Assembly: GCA_030429625.1 (NCBI GenBank)
Contig: JAUIFA010000001.1
Span: forward strand, 33,306 to 97,305
Length of the DNA: 64,000 nucleotides
Source of the DNA: Alphaproteobacteria bacterium
GTDB taxonomy: Bacteria; Pseudomonadota; Alphaproteobacteria; Rickettsiales; UBA8987
Direction of reading: 5' to 3'
The notes beneath the pieces were generated by a model. The model worked only from the letters and a program-made list of their open reading frames with translations. It did no database searches and was not told where the DNA came from. The first letter of the stretch is position 1. Every line of letters starts with the position of its first letter. Shown piece after piece: positions 1 through 9,756 of this stretch. A program made the translations under genes and the position numbers.

Positions 1-1684
1 AAAGGGACTGGATCTTATTCTTGATTACCCCCTTGATGTGCCATGCTGTGTGGTCGGTGATCAGGTTCGTGTGAGTCAAATTATATTTAATCTGGTAGGC
101 AATGCCATTAAATTTACAAAAGAAGGGCATATCTCCATTAAGGTACGAAACGGAGAAGTGAGGTTGAATAAGGTTGAATTTGAAATATCCATAGAAGATA
201 CCGGAATAGGTATGGAGCAGGACAAGATATCAAAAATATTTGATAAATTTACACAAGAGGATGCATCCATTACCCGTCAGTTTGGCGGTACAGGTTTGGG
301 CCTTTCCATAAGTAAGCAGCTTATTGAGCTAATGAACGGGAAAATAGACGTTAAAAGCGTTAAGGGAGAAGGAACAACATTTACATACACCATGCGCATG
401 ATGCCGGATTCCCAAAAAGATGAGAGGGAAATGCTACCAAATATTGACCTTAAGGATGCAAAAATTCTTCTTGCCTCAGACGATCTTATAACCTCTGAAA
501 TCATAAAGGATATCCTAAAATTTGAAGCGGTAGAAATTTCTCATGTGACCACAGCAAAAGACTTATACAATAAGCTTAATCAGGAAATTGATAGAAAATC
601 ATCGTGGGGCATTGTGCTAATTGATTTCTCGGATAAGTATTTGGATGAGGCGTTGGAGGTTGTTTCAGATAAAAAATATTCCGACTCGTCCTTTATAAGG
701 CTGGCATCTTCATTCCATTGTAGAAATTATGAGCTTCTGCTCGAGAATGGTTTCTGTGCACACATACATAAGCCCATAAGGGTCAATGATTTTATGGCAA
801 TCATCAATCTTGTTTATCATAAAGATCATCAAATAAAAGGAGTGGTAAGCAGGACGGATATATTAAACAATGAAGGTTTGGCCAATAAAAAACACATGTT
901 CCATATAAAGGCTCTTTTGGCAGAGGATAATTTGGTGAACAAACAAATTATTTCCAGGATATTGGAAAATATTGGTTGTGAGTTGGAATGTGTGGATAAT
1001 GGTAAACAGGCTCTAGACTATGTGAAGGAGGGGAAGGAGGTTGATATTGTGTTTATGGATTGCCAGATGCCCGTGATGGATGGGATAACCGCATCCAGTG
1101 AAATTCGTAAACTTAAGGACATTAAGCAGCCAATTATTATTGCGCTGACGGCCAATGTGTTTAGTGGCGACAAGGAGAAATGCTTCGATGCCGGTATGGA
1201 TGATTTTGTCACTAAGCCTGTGGACTTTGATCTTTTAGACAAGGTGCTTCTAAAATGGGTAGATAAAGAAAAAATAACAGAAGGGGAGATAAAAGAACCC
1301 GAAGAAGAGAATATGGAGGACTCACAAGATGCAGCACTGTCTGAGATGCAAACCATTGACGAAGAGGTTATAAAATCTTTAAGGGAGATGTTAGGTGGCG
1401 ATGTGTCGACAATGCTTCAGGTCTATGTTAACACAACAAATGGCCTCATAAAAGAAATGCAGGAATTTTTAAAGAAAGGCAATGTCAAGGAGGTGGGTCG
1501 CCACGCCCATTCTCTTAAATCTTCGAGCGGACAAGTGGGGGCAATGAAATTGTCAGAGCTGGCAAAAGAGCTTGAACATAAAATAAGACATGAGCAATCG
1601 TATGATAATCTGGAGGATCTCTACGCACAGATTGTTGAAGAATTTAAAGTGGTGGAGGCCAGTTTGCATCATCACATCAACTAG
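1..1684 (+). CDS. Hybrid (unorthodox) sensor histidine kinase, C-terminal part: HATPase_c + divergent receiver-like segment + REC + HPt; 5' end lies outside the window
   Basis: The ORF-track entry 38..1684 stays open upstream to nt 2 in the same frame (KGLDLILDYPLDVPCCVVGD...). HATPase_c motifs: N-box NLVGNAIKFT, G1 DTGIGM, G2 GGTGLGLSIS. Receiver-like segment: ILLASDD...VLIDFS...HKPI. Canonical REC: LLAEDN...VFMDCQMPVMDG...LTAN...TKP. HPt motif HAHSLKSSSGQVGA at nt 1502-1543. Confidence 0.9.
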   Translation, partial: KGLDLILDYPLDVPCCVVGDQVRVSQIIFNLVGNAIKFTKEGHISIKVRNGEVRLNKVEFEISIEDTGIGMEQDKISKIFDKFTQEDASITRQFGGTGLGLSISKQLIELMNGKIDVKSVKGEGTTFTYTMRMMPDSQKDEREMLPNIDLKDAKILLASDDLITSEIIKDILKFEAVEISHVTTAKDLYNKLNQEIDRKSSWGIVLIDFSDKYLDEALEVVSDKKYSDSSFIRLASSFHCRNYELLLENGFCAHIHKPIRVNDFMAIINLVYHKDHQIKGVVSRTDILNNEGLANKKHMFHIKALLAEDNLVNKQIISRILENIGCELECVDNGKQALDYVKEGKEVDIVFMDCQMPVMDGITASSEIRKLKDIKQPIIIALTANVFSGDKEKCFDAGMDDFVTKPVDFDLLDKVLLKWVDKEKITEGEIKEPEEENMEDSQDAALSEMQTIDEEVIKSLREMLGGDVSTMLQVYVNTTNGLIKEMQEFLKKGNVKEVGRHAHSLKSSSGQVGAMKLSELAKELEHKIRHEQSYDNLEDLYAQIVEEFKVVEASLHHHIN

Positions 1685-1746
1685 TTTTTATGGTATACTA
1701 TGGGACAATTTTCTGTTAAAGATTGTTACAGATATAGGATTTTATA

Positions 1747-2529
1747 ATGGCGTTTAATAAAATAGGTGTGGTGGCCGACAAGGCACAAACATCACAGGAA
1801 AAACTCAAAGAACTTAGCACGAAATATGATCTTATCGTCATTGATGAGGACAATCCACAGGATGTTGATGTGATTGTGGCTTTAGGCGGTGATGGTTTTA
1901 TGCTACATATATTGCACAAATTCATTAATAAAAAAACGCCGATATACGGAATCAATTGTGGTACGGTTGGGTTTCTTCTTAACCAATATAAAGACGAAGA
2001 CATAAAAACGGTGCTGGAAAATGCCGGTGCAACGACCATTTATCCTCTGGTGATGGAGGCCAAAACCAAAGACGGAAAAATACACACGGAACTGGCGATA
2101 AATGAGGTATCACTCTTACGTAAGACTGGCCAAGCGGCAAAAATCCGTATCAGTGTTGATGGGGTTGTGCATATGGAAGAGATTGTGTGCGATGGGATGA
2201 TTGTTTCTACTCCCGCTGGCAGCAGTGCGTATAATTGTTCGGTAGGCGGTCCAATCCTTCCTTTGCGCTCAAACCTTTTAGCACTTACGCCGATCAGCCC
2301 GTTTAGACCACGCCGTTGGCGGGGGGCTATTTTGTCACATAAATCTGTGGTACGATTAGACATCTTGAAATCTCACAAACGTCCGGTCAATGCGGTGGCA
2401 GATTTCAACGAAGTTGATGAAGTTGAATATGTTGAAGTCAAAGAGGAGCGTTCTATGGAAATCCAATTGCTTTTTGATAAAGGGCACAGTTTGGAAGAGC
2501 GCATCGTGCGTGAGCAATTCACGGTATAA
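1747..2529 (+). CDS. nadK: NAD kinase
   Basis: 260 aa with NAD kinase signatures GGDGFML, NEVSL and TPAGSSAYNCSVGGPI. Confidence 0.9.
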   Translation: MAFNKIGVVADKAQTSQEKLKELSTKYDLIVIDEDNPQDVDVIVALGGDGFMLHILHKFINKKTPIYGINCGTVGFLLNQYKDEDIKTVLENAGATTIYPLVMEAKTKDGKIHTELAINEVSLLRKTGQAAKIRISVDGVVHMEEIVCDGMIVSTPAGSSAYNCSVGGPILPLRSNLLALTPISPFRPRRWRGAILSHKSVVRLDILKSHKRPVNAVADFNEVDEVEYVEVKEERSMEIQLLFDKGHSLEERIVREQFTV

Positions 2530-2531
2530 GT

Positions 2532-2948
2532 TTATAGCCCGCACACTTTTGTGGCAGCGCGTTCCAGAACCTCCGGCTGAAAAGGTTTGACAATCCACCC
2601 TGAGGCACCGGCTTTTTTGCCCGCCTCTTTAGCATTTGTGCCGCCCTCAGTGGTCAATACAAGAATGGGGGTGAACTTATTTCCCTCACTGTCTTGCCGC
2701 ACCATCCTTATAAACTCAATTCCATCAACATTTGGCATATTAATATCGGTGACAATAAGATCGTATTTGTGGCTTCCAGCCAGTTTAAAGGCCTTCCCTC
2801 CATCCTGAGCGGTTTCCACCTCAAACCCTATTCCTTCAAGACATACCTTGACCATACTGCGCATGGTAGGTGAATCGTCGACCACTAAAGCAATTTTAGA
2901 CACATGTAACCCCTTAAAATAATCTACTATGGATTGTAATTTTAGCAA
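2532..2948 (-). CDS. CheY-like single-domain response regulator
   Basis: 138 aa consisting of a REC domain only: VVDDSPTMR, DLIVTDINMPNVDG, LVLTTEG, VKPF. Convergent with nadK (2-nt gap). Confidence 0.85.
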   Translation of the reverse strand: MLKLQSIVDYFKGLHVSKIALVVDDSPTMRSMVKVCLEGIGFEVETAQDGGKAFKLAGSHKYDLIVTDINMPNVDGIEFIRMVRQDSEGNKFTPILVLTTEGGTNAKEAGKKAGASGWIVKPFQPEVLERAATKVCGL

Positions 2949-3018
2949 TCTTTGTTGCTAAAACCAAGTGAAATTATCTATTTGACGCTATTCTATATAT
3001 CGCTATCATTACAAGAGT

Positions 3019-3936
3019 ATGAAAAAACAGCTTAACATAGGTTCGTATAACGACCAGAATGCGCTCTTGATGAAGCGCGCCACGCTGTATTCTGTCATTG
3101 CTGCTTTGAGTCTTATTACGGTTAAATTTTATGCGTGGTCGCTAACCGGTTCGGTCAGCATGATGTCTTCTTTGATAGATTCCTTATTGGACATGACGGT
3201 GTCGTTCTTAAATCTGTTGGCAGTGCGTTATGCTTTGATGCCGCCGGATGACGACCATCGCTTTGGACATAACAGTGCTGAAGATGTTGCGGCTTTGGCA
3301 CAAGCTGCGTTTGTTGCTGGTTCGGCAGGGTTTATTGCCATTTCTGCCATAGGAAGAATCTTCAGTCCCGAGCCGATCAAGCAGGAAATGTTGGGTATCG
3401 CGGTGATGGTATTTTCCATTCTTGTGACATTTGCTCTTGTTACCTATCAGAAACAGGTGGTGAAAAAGACCCAGTCCACTGCCGTACATGCCGATTCGTT
3501 GCATTATGTGGGAGATCTTTTAATGAACGCTGCGGTCATTGCTGCATTGGTTTTAGGCAGTTGGTTTGATTTTGAGTATGCTGATCCAATATTTGCGTTG
3601 CTCATCGCAGGATACATTGTTTATGGTGCCTGGGAGATAGGAGTATTGGCCTTTGATAAGCTGATGGACAAAGAGTTGGATGACGATGAGAAAGAAGAAA
3701 TTATTGCGGTTATTTTAGGGCATGAAGGGGTTCTTGGAATGCATGATTTAAAGACAAGAAATTCTGGTGCAAAAAAATTTATTCAGTTTCATCTTGAATT
3801 GGATGGTAGTCAGACCTTAAATAAAGCTCATGCAATAGCCGATAAGTTAGAAATAAAATTAGAAAGTCTGTACCCAACCGCAGAAATATTAATTCATGAA
3901 GATCCTAAGGGGTTCAAAAGAGGAAGCGTAACATGA
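3019..3936 (+). CDS. Cation diffusion facilitator (CDF) family divalent-metal efflux transporter
   Basis: 305 aa with multiple hydrophobic helices. CDF-type polar motifs in TM segments (SLIDSLLD, HYVGDLLMN). C-terminal cytoplasmic domain (MHDLKTRNSGAKKFIQFHLELD...HEDP). Confidence 0.85.
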   Translation: MKKQLNIGSYNDQNALLMKRATLYSVIAALSLITVKFYAWSLTGSVSMMSSLIDSLLDMTVSFLNLLAVRYALMPPDDDHRFGHNSAEDVAALAQAAFVAGSAGFIAISAIGRIFSPEPIKQEMLGIAVMVFSILVTFALVTYQKQVVKKTQSTAVHADSLHYVGDLLMNAAVIAALVLGSWFDFEYADPIFALLIAGYIVYGAWEIGVLAFDKLMDKELDDDEKEEIIAVILGHEGVLGMHDLKTRNSGAKKFIQFHLELDGSQTLNKAHAIADKLEIKLESLYPTAEILIHEDPKGFKRGSVT

Positions 3937-4388
3937 TAATACATGAATTTTTAATAAGCGCGATCATTTGTGTGTTTCTGGTTATCTCCACCACGTTAAT
4001 TTATTACGAAGTATTACGGATCACTTGGGGTATTTTACCAAAGCTAACGCTGGCTCCGCGTTTGCGGGTGGTGGTGGTGGTGATTGCCATATTCCTTGGT
4101 CATACCATTGCCGTGTGGGTGTATGGAATGGCGTACTGGATTTTGGCAGAATATTTTGGTTTTGGTTCTTTGCGTGGTGAGATTATGTATTTTGAGCATA
4201 GTTTCTTTAACTATGTTTATTTTTCTGCCGCCACCTATTCGTCTCTTGGTTTGGGGGATGTATTTCCTGTTGGTGGGTTAAAGATTATCACCGGTGTGGA
4301 AGTATTAAATGGCTTGGTGCTTATTGGTTGGTCGGTGTCTTTCACCTATCTGGTGATGGAAAAATGGTGGGACATGCATAAAAGGTAA
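3933..4388 (+). CDS. Small ion-channel protein (2TM pore-loop, K+ channel-like)
   Basis: 151 aa. Its ATG overlaps the CDF stop codon (ATGA, 3933-3936). Hydrophobic helices flank a pore-loop-like stretch, YFSAATYSSLGLGDVFP, that resembles the K+ channel T-x-G-[YFL]-G-D signature. Confidence 0.6.
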   Translation: MIIHEFLISAIICVFLVISTTLIYYEVLRITWGILPKLTLAPRLRVVVVVIAIFLGHTIAVWVYGMAYWILAEYFGFGSLRGEIMYFEHSFFNYVYFSAATYSSLGLGDVFPVGGLKIITGVEVLNGLVLIGWSVSFTYLVMEKWWDMHKR

Positions 4389-4393
4389 CCCAT

Positions 4394-4852
4394 ATGAAAG
4401 TTACTATAGCGGCGGTGGGTAAGATGAAGAATTCCCCACAACAAGACTTGATGCAGGAATTTCTAAAGCGCATTCCTTGGCCGGTGGAGATTAAAGAGGT
4501 TGAGGCCAAGAAAGGTCTCTCTGGCGAGAAGCTCAAAACTCAGGAAGGCGAGCTATTACTCAATCTGTTACCAAAGTCGTGCAAAATAATTGTGTTGGAT
4601 GAAAAGGGAAAAGACATTGGCTCGGAAGAGTTTGCCAACAAATTTACAGAGTTTGAACAAGAAGGTTCTTCTCAGGTTGCTTTTTTAATTGGAGGTGCGG
4701 ACGGGCATTCTCAGCAAGTCAGAGAACAGGCGGACATGTTGCTTTCCTTTGGTAAGATGACGTGGCCGCACATGATGGTGCGGGCAATGCTCGCCGAGCA
4801 GATATACAGAGCCTACAGCATTAAACAAGGTCACCCCTATCATAGAGAATAA
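4394..4852 (+). CDS. rlmH: 23S rRNA (pseudouridine1915-N3)-methyltransferase
   Basis: 152 aa with the SPOUT/RlmH pattern (VLDEKGK, FLIGGADGHS, LSFGKMTWPH). Confidence 0.9.
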   Translation: MKVTIAAVGKMKNSPQQDLMQEFLKRIPWPVEIKEVEAKKGLSGEKLKTQEGELLLNLLPKSCKIIVLDEKGKDIGSEEFANKFTEFEQEGSSQVAFLIGGADGHSQQVREQADMLLSFGKMTWPHMMVRAMLAEQIYRAYSIKQGHPYHRE

Positions 4853-4873
4853 TATATACTATAGACATTTAGC

Positions 4874-4904
4874 CCGCGTGCCTCTATATTTGCGCGGTTT
4901 GTTT
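4874..4904 (+). terminator. Weak candidate intrinsic terminator after rlmH
   Basis: CCGCG (4874-4878) pairs with CGCGG (4893-4897) across a 14-nt loop and is followed by TTTGTTT. The stem is short and the loop long, so support is weak. Confidence 0.3.
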
Positions 4905-4930
4905 AAAGAGATAAAGAGAGGATCTTATTC

Positions 4931-6223
4931 ATGGCGAATGTGGCAGTTGTAGGCTCCCAGTGGGGAGATGAAGGCAAAGGCAAAATTGTGGATTGGCTTT
5001 CGCAGCGTGCGGACGTGGTGGTGCGTTTTCAAGGAGGGCATAACGCAGGACATACGTTGGTCATTGATGGCAAGGTCTATAAGTTAAGCCTTCTTCCTTC
5101 CGGTGTGGTGCGCTCAGGCAAGCTTTCCATCATTGGCAACGGTGTGGTAATTGATCCAACCGCACTTTTAAAAGAAATTGCTTCCATCAAAGAACAAGGG
5201 GTTGCAATAACTCCAGAAAATTTAATGATTGCAGACAATGCCACGTTAATTCTTCCTCTACATCAACAATCAGATGCGGTGGCCGAAGCAGCACGAGGAA
5301 GCAATAAGATTGGTACAACCGGTCGAGGTATTGGCCCTGCTTATGAAGATAAAATTGCTCGTAGAGCCATTCGTATATGCGATCTCGCCGATGAAGAAAT
5401 TCTAAAAGAACGTGTGGAATCCCTTGTTGCTCACCATAATGCGATGCGTCGTGGCGTGGGGATAGAAGAAATAGAGCCGCAAGAGGTTTTAACCTATTTG
5501 TACGGCATCAAAGATCAAATATTGCCCTTTGCCAAGCCCGTGTGGAATGTACTAGATAAGCTGGCAAAGCAAGGCAAACGTATTTTATTTGAAGGGGCTC
5601 AGGGCATTATGTTGGATGTGGATCACGGCACGTATCCGTTTGTGACCTCGTCCAATACTGCTGCGGGTTCGGCTTTTACCGGCTCAGGCTTTCCGGTGGG
5701 AAAAATCAATTGTGTGTTGGGCATCACCAAGGCCTATACCACGCGGGTGGGCAGTGGTCCTTTTCCTACCGAACAAAACAACGAAACGGGTAAATATCTG
5801 GGCGAACGTGGACATGAATTTGGTACGGTAACGGGACGTGAAAGACGTTGTGGTTGGTTTGATGCGGTTATGGTACGTCAGGCTATTACAGTCTCAGGAA
5901 TTAACGGCATTGCGTTAACCAAGCTGGATGTGATGGACGGGATGGACAAAATCAAGATTTGTGTGGGCTATAAAATTGGTCAGAAACAGTACGATTATTT
6001 TCCTTCTTCCATCAAAGATCAGGCCAGTGTTGTGCCAATATATGAAGAGCTTGATGGATGGAAAGGTACTACAGCAGGCTGTCGCAGTTTTAAAGATCTT
6101 CCGGCCAATGCGGTTAAATATATCCGCCGGATTGAAGAGCTGATCCAGACCACTGTCTATACCGTTTCCACCAGCCCTGAGCGTGAAGATACGATTTTGG
6201 TGCGCGATCCGTTTATGGATTAG
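4931..6223 (+). CDS. purA: Adenylosuccinate synthase
   Basis: 430 aa with [19 protein letters not shown] and [13 protein letters not shown], and full-length colinearity with PurA. Confidence 0.97.
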   Translation: MANVAVVGSQWGDEGKGKIVDWLSQRADVVVRFQGGHNAGHTLVIDGKVYKLSLLPSGVVRSGKLSIIGNGVVIDPTALLKEIASIKEQGVAITPENLMIADNATLILPLHQQSDAVAEAARGSNKIGTTGRGIGPAYEDKIARRAIRICDLADEEILKERVESLVAHHNAMRRGVGIEEIEPQEVLTYLYGIKDQILPFAKPVWNVLDKLAKQGKRILFEGAQGIMLDVDHGTYPFVTSSNTAAGSAFTGSGFPVGKINCVLGITKAYTTRVGSGPFPTEQNNETGKYLGERGHEFGTVTGRERRCGWFDAVMVRQAITVSGINGIALTKLDVMDGMDKIKICVGYKIGQKQYDYFPSSIKDQASVVPIYEELDGWKGTTAGCRSFKDLPANAVKYIRRIEELIQTTVYTVSTSPEREDTILVRDPFMD

Positions 6224-8300
6224 CTTTTAGCCAAGGTTTCTTGATTTTTGGGGGAAACCTAACTAGGAAATTACCACAAACTTGTTGAAGATTTGGGTTA
6301 AAATACGGGTCAGTATCGAGTTTACCTTTCCAACGTTGGCGCATATAACTAACCTCATTACGGAAGCGTGTTTTCTTCTCCGATGTGTCGTCTTTTCCCC
6401 GCGTGGCCGATTCGTAGTGATAGAGTTCGGCATAAGGAGTAAACAGATTTTTATAGCCTTTTTCAGTAATACGTAAACACAGATCAACATCATTAAATGC
6501 CACCGACAAATCTTTTTCATTAAATCCACCAATCTCGTCAAAGATATTTTTTCGTACAACCAGGCAGGCGGCCGTTACACCAGAAAGCTGCTGGGTGATG
6601 ATGGCTCTGCCGCGGTAGCCACAACCATTTCTGGGCAGTGAATGGAAAGCATGGCCGGCCACAGGTTCCACCGCTTCACCAAAGCCGGTAAACACTCCGG
6701 CATGTTGAATAGTATGGTCAGGATAGTATAATTTAGCACCCACAGCTCCAATTTCTGGCCGCAGAGCATGGCTCACCATTTCGTTTAACCATTCTGGAGT
6801 AATCACTTCAATGTCATTATTCACAAAAGCAAGAAGTTCACCATGGCTTTTCTTCACCGCAAAATTATTGATGGCCGAATAATTAAACGGTTGGTCATAA
6901 TCAAGAACGGTGACCTTATCCGTGTTCTTCAGCTCTTTAAAATATTCAAGCACTTCTTTTTCATCACTTTGGTTGTTCACAATGATAATTTCGTAATTAT
7001 CATATTGGGTTTTTTCCAGAACAGAGCTGATCGTTACTTTTAATAAATCATACGCATTGCGGGTGGGAATGATGATAGACACTTTAGGCAGTTTCTTAGG
7101 CAATGGCCACTTTACGCGCCGGAAAGTTGAGTTTATTCCTTCAACAATTTCAACATGTTCATGCTTTTGTTTAAAATAATCTTGCAAAGCACGTGTGGCC
7201 GCATCCACCGCAAAATCTTTATTGTCTACCGTCAGGGAAGTTGAACCTTCAATGGCCCGCCAATGATACAATATATAAGGGATGTGACGCACCCTGTCTG
7301 TATGCAACAAACAGCGTAGGGCGAGGTCATAATCTTGTGAGCCTTCATACCCTTCACGAAATCCACCAATTTCTTGCAACAGTGAGGTGCGGTAGACTCC
7401 CAAATGGCTGAACATATTTTGGGAATAGAACAGGTCTAAATTCCAGTCCGATTTAAAATAATGCCCATAGCGCTCATTGTTGGTGTCAATTTTATCTTCA
7501 TCGGAATAAATCATGTCCACGTCGGGGTGGGCATTAATTTCATTGGCCACCATGTAAAGGGCATGTTCGGGAATGATATCGTCATGATCCATCAATGCTA
7601 CAAATTCACCGCTGGCAAGTTCCAAAGCGCTGTTGGAGCTGGCTGAGATATGGCCATTTGTTTTGCGATAAACCACTGTAATACGGTCGTCTTTGGCAGC
7701 ATATTCATCCAGTGTTTTTTTAATATGTGCAGCAGAGGAACAGTCGTCGGCAATACACAATTCCCAGTGGGGATAGAGCTGCAATAGTACCGAATCAATG
7801 GCTTGACGCAGCCATTTTTCTTCCACGTTATAAACCGGCATAACCACAGAGATCAACGGCTTGTTGTTAAAAATATTTATATGTTTTGTAATGCGTTCTT
7901 TATCTTCCTGAGTTAAGCTATCATATTTTTTAATCCAGGCATGGTATTGTGTTCTGTTTTCTGATTGTTCCAAATCAAGATTAGGGAAGAGCTGCAGCTT
8001 TATGGCGTGAACACATTCTTCAAAACCACGCTGCCTAAGGATTTTATACGCATTAATGTAATTTCTTGGCTTTAAAAATAGGGTGCATCTTTTTGCCAGT
8101 AACACCATAAGACGGATGGGGAAGAAAATTTTCCATGTGGTGCTGTTTAAAATAGCCTCCAAACGGTTTTCTAAACCGCGACAATGCTCTTGTAACACCT
8201 CCACGCGTTCTTGTGCTTCTTCCAACTCGGCTTGTAGCTCAGAAAATCTTTCAACAAGCTGTTGGTAATGGCTATCGTCTTTTGTCTTTTTCATGGTCAT
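6213..8300 (-). CDS. Two-module family 2 glycosyltransferase with an N-terminal coiled coil
   Basis: 695 aa. N-terminal heptad-like stretch ([29 protein letters not shown]), then [12 protein letters not shown], then two GT-A modules ([11 protein letters not shown]...IADDCSS...DHDD and [12 protein letters not shown]...IVNNQSDE...NNDIE). The 3' end overlaps the purA 3' end by 11 nt. Confidence 0.8.
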   Translation of the reverse strand: MTMKKTKDDSHYQQLVERFSELQAELEEAQERVEVLQEHCRGLENRLEAILNSTTWKIFFPIRLMVLLAKRCTLFLKPRNYINAYKILRQRGFEECVHAIKLQLFPNLDLEQSENRTQYHAWIKKYDSLTQEDKERITKHINIFNNKPLISVVMPVYNVEEKWLRQAIDSVLLQLYPHWELCIADDCSSAAHIKKTLDEYAAKDDRITVVYRKTNGHISASSNSALELASGEFVALMDHDDIIPEHALYMVANEINAHPDVDMIYSDEDKIDTNNERYGHYFKSDWNLDLFYSQNMFSHLGVYRTSLLQEIGGFREGYEGSQDYDLALRCLLHTDRVRHIPYILYHWRAIEGSTSLTVDNKDFAVDAATRALQDYFKQKHEHVEIVEGINSTFRRVKWPLPKKLPKVSIIIPTRNAYDLLKVTISSVLEKTQYDNYEIIIVNNQSDEKEVLEYFKELKNTDKVTVLDYDQPFNYSAINNFAVKKSHGELLAFVNNDIEVITPEWLNEMVSHALRPEIGAVGAKLYYPDHTIQHAGVFTGFGEAVEPVAGHAFHSLPRNGCGYRGRAIITQQLSGVTAACLVVRKNIFDEIGGFNEKDLSVAFNDVDLCLRITEKGYKNLFTPYAELYHYESATRGKDDTSEKKTRFRNEVSYMRQRWKGKLDTDPYFNPNLQQVCGNFLVRFPPKIKKPWLKANP

Positions 8301-8758
8301 TATAGATAATCAGAAAACTCCTGCAAAATATCTTTATAGAGTTGTTTTTTAAAAGGCACAATCAAATCTGGCAGTTCGTGCGGTTCTCCCCAGCGCCATT
8401 GGCAAAATTCAGGGTGGGGGGTGTTTATGTTGATGTCCTCATCCTCTCCTAGAAATCGTGCCAGAAACCAACGTTGTTTTTGCCCCCGATATTTCCCCTT
8501 CCATATTTTTCCAATCAACTCATCAGGCAAATCATAGCTAAGCCATTCTTCCACAGAGGCAAGAATTTCTATGTTGTTGGTGCCAATTTCTTCCAGCAAT
8601 TCACGCATGGCGGCTTCAAGTGGCTTTTCACCTTTGTCTATCCCGCCCTGAGGCATTTGCCACGCATATTTATCCCCTTTTATTCTGCGTGCCACAAACA
8701 CTTTATTCTCATTGTTAATCAACATGACCCCAACACAGGGCCGGTAAGGTAGTTCCAT
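8300..8758 (-). CDS. rppH: RNA pyrophosphohydrolase (Nudix)
   Basis: 152 aa with Nudix box GGIDKGEKPLEAAMRELLEEIG and RppH-like length and neighbourhood. Confidence 0.9.
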   Translation of the reverse strand: MELPYRPCVGVMLINNENKVFVARRIKGDKYAWQMPQGGIDKGEKPLEAAMRELLEEIGTNNIEILASVEEWLSYDLPDELIGKIWKGKYRGQKQRWFLARFLGEDEDININTPHPEFCQWRWGEPHELPDLIVPFKKQLYKDILQEFSDYL

Positions 8759-8767
8759 AATAATCCC

Positions 8768-9727
8768 TTAGTTTTTCTCCACCAAATCTGAAATTTTTGA
8801 TAAATATATTTTCTTAGCTTTAAGCTCCTGAAGCCAATTCTGTAAGCGGTTGACCCCCAACGCGGTGGCGCGTGCAAGTACTAAAACATCCCCCTCACCG
8901 GACTCAATTTCCTCTAGGATGCTAGCCAATTCTTTATCAATAGCTTCTTTACTCAGCTCTTTGTCAATCACATGATATTTATTAATAGTCGACAGACCCA
9001 CCGATCTGGCTTCTTGGTGAATAAAGCTGTTGGTGGGAGTCTGATTATAGATAAAAACGGTTTTTTGTTTTCTCAGTTCGTCAATGATAGGCACAATGGC
9101 CTGTAGGGTTTTGGTAACTTTTTCATCCACTGAGGTGATCACCCCCAGATATTTATCGGTAGTGGAAAGTGTGGATTTAAGTCGGAACATATTTTTAATT
9201 TTTCCCACATGAGAAAGCAACGCATATGGCCCCACGTCGGAGCGTGGATAGTCGTCGGTTTCCATAGGCAAATCAAGGTAAAGTTCATGGTTTGATTCGC
9301 TTATTTTGGCCACCCAGCTATCGGCGTTAAAAATATAGGGAGAAAGGCTGATTCCTACGACCGAAGGCAGTCGCAAGGCGGCTTCAGATACCACCTTATT
9401 CATTCCCACATTGACCACAACAATGGCCAATTTGGGCTGGTCACCATTGTTCCCAACAAATTCGTCTTCTGCCGTTTGTTCGTTTTTGGCAGCCTCTTCT
9501 TCCGCCTTTTTCTGTTCTTCAAGTTCGGCTTCGTTACTGCGCATGACAATCTCAGCACTGGCAATATCAACCTTTACCCTCTGTCCTGAAGAAACCGCAT
9601 GTTCTTCATCCCCAGAAAAGGAAAGCAAAAGTTGTAAAACAAAGACTAGGCACAAAACACCTATGCCAATATTTACGTATCGGAGGATTTTACTAATGTA
9701 TTGCTTCTTTTCTTCCGAAAGTGCCAA
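8768..9727 (-). CDS. Divergent polysaccharide deacetylase family protein (YibQ-like)
   Basis: 319 aa with an N-terminal TM anchor. The core PKLAIVVVNVGMN...LRLPSVVGISLSPY...HELYLDLPME matches the YibQ-type pattern. Typical position between ctpA and rppH. Confidence 0.75.
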   Translation of the reverse strand: MALSEEKKQYISKILRYVNIGIGVLCLVFVLQLLLSFSGDEEHAVSSGQRVKVDIASAEIVMRSNEAELEEQKKAEEEAAKNEQTAEDEFVGNNGDQPKLAIVVVNVGMNKVVSEAALRLPSVVGISLSPYIFNADSWVAKISESNHELYLDLPMETDDYPRSDVGPYALLSHVGKIKNMFRLKSTLSTTDKYLGVITSVDEKVTKTLQAIVPIIDELRKQKTVFIYNQTPTNSFIHQEARSVGLSTINKYHVIDKELSKEAIDKELASILEEIESGEGDVLVLARATALGVNRLQNWLQELKAKKIYLSKISDLVEKN

Positions 9728-9756
9728 TATTTACCCCATTCATCAACAAATATAGC

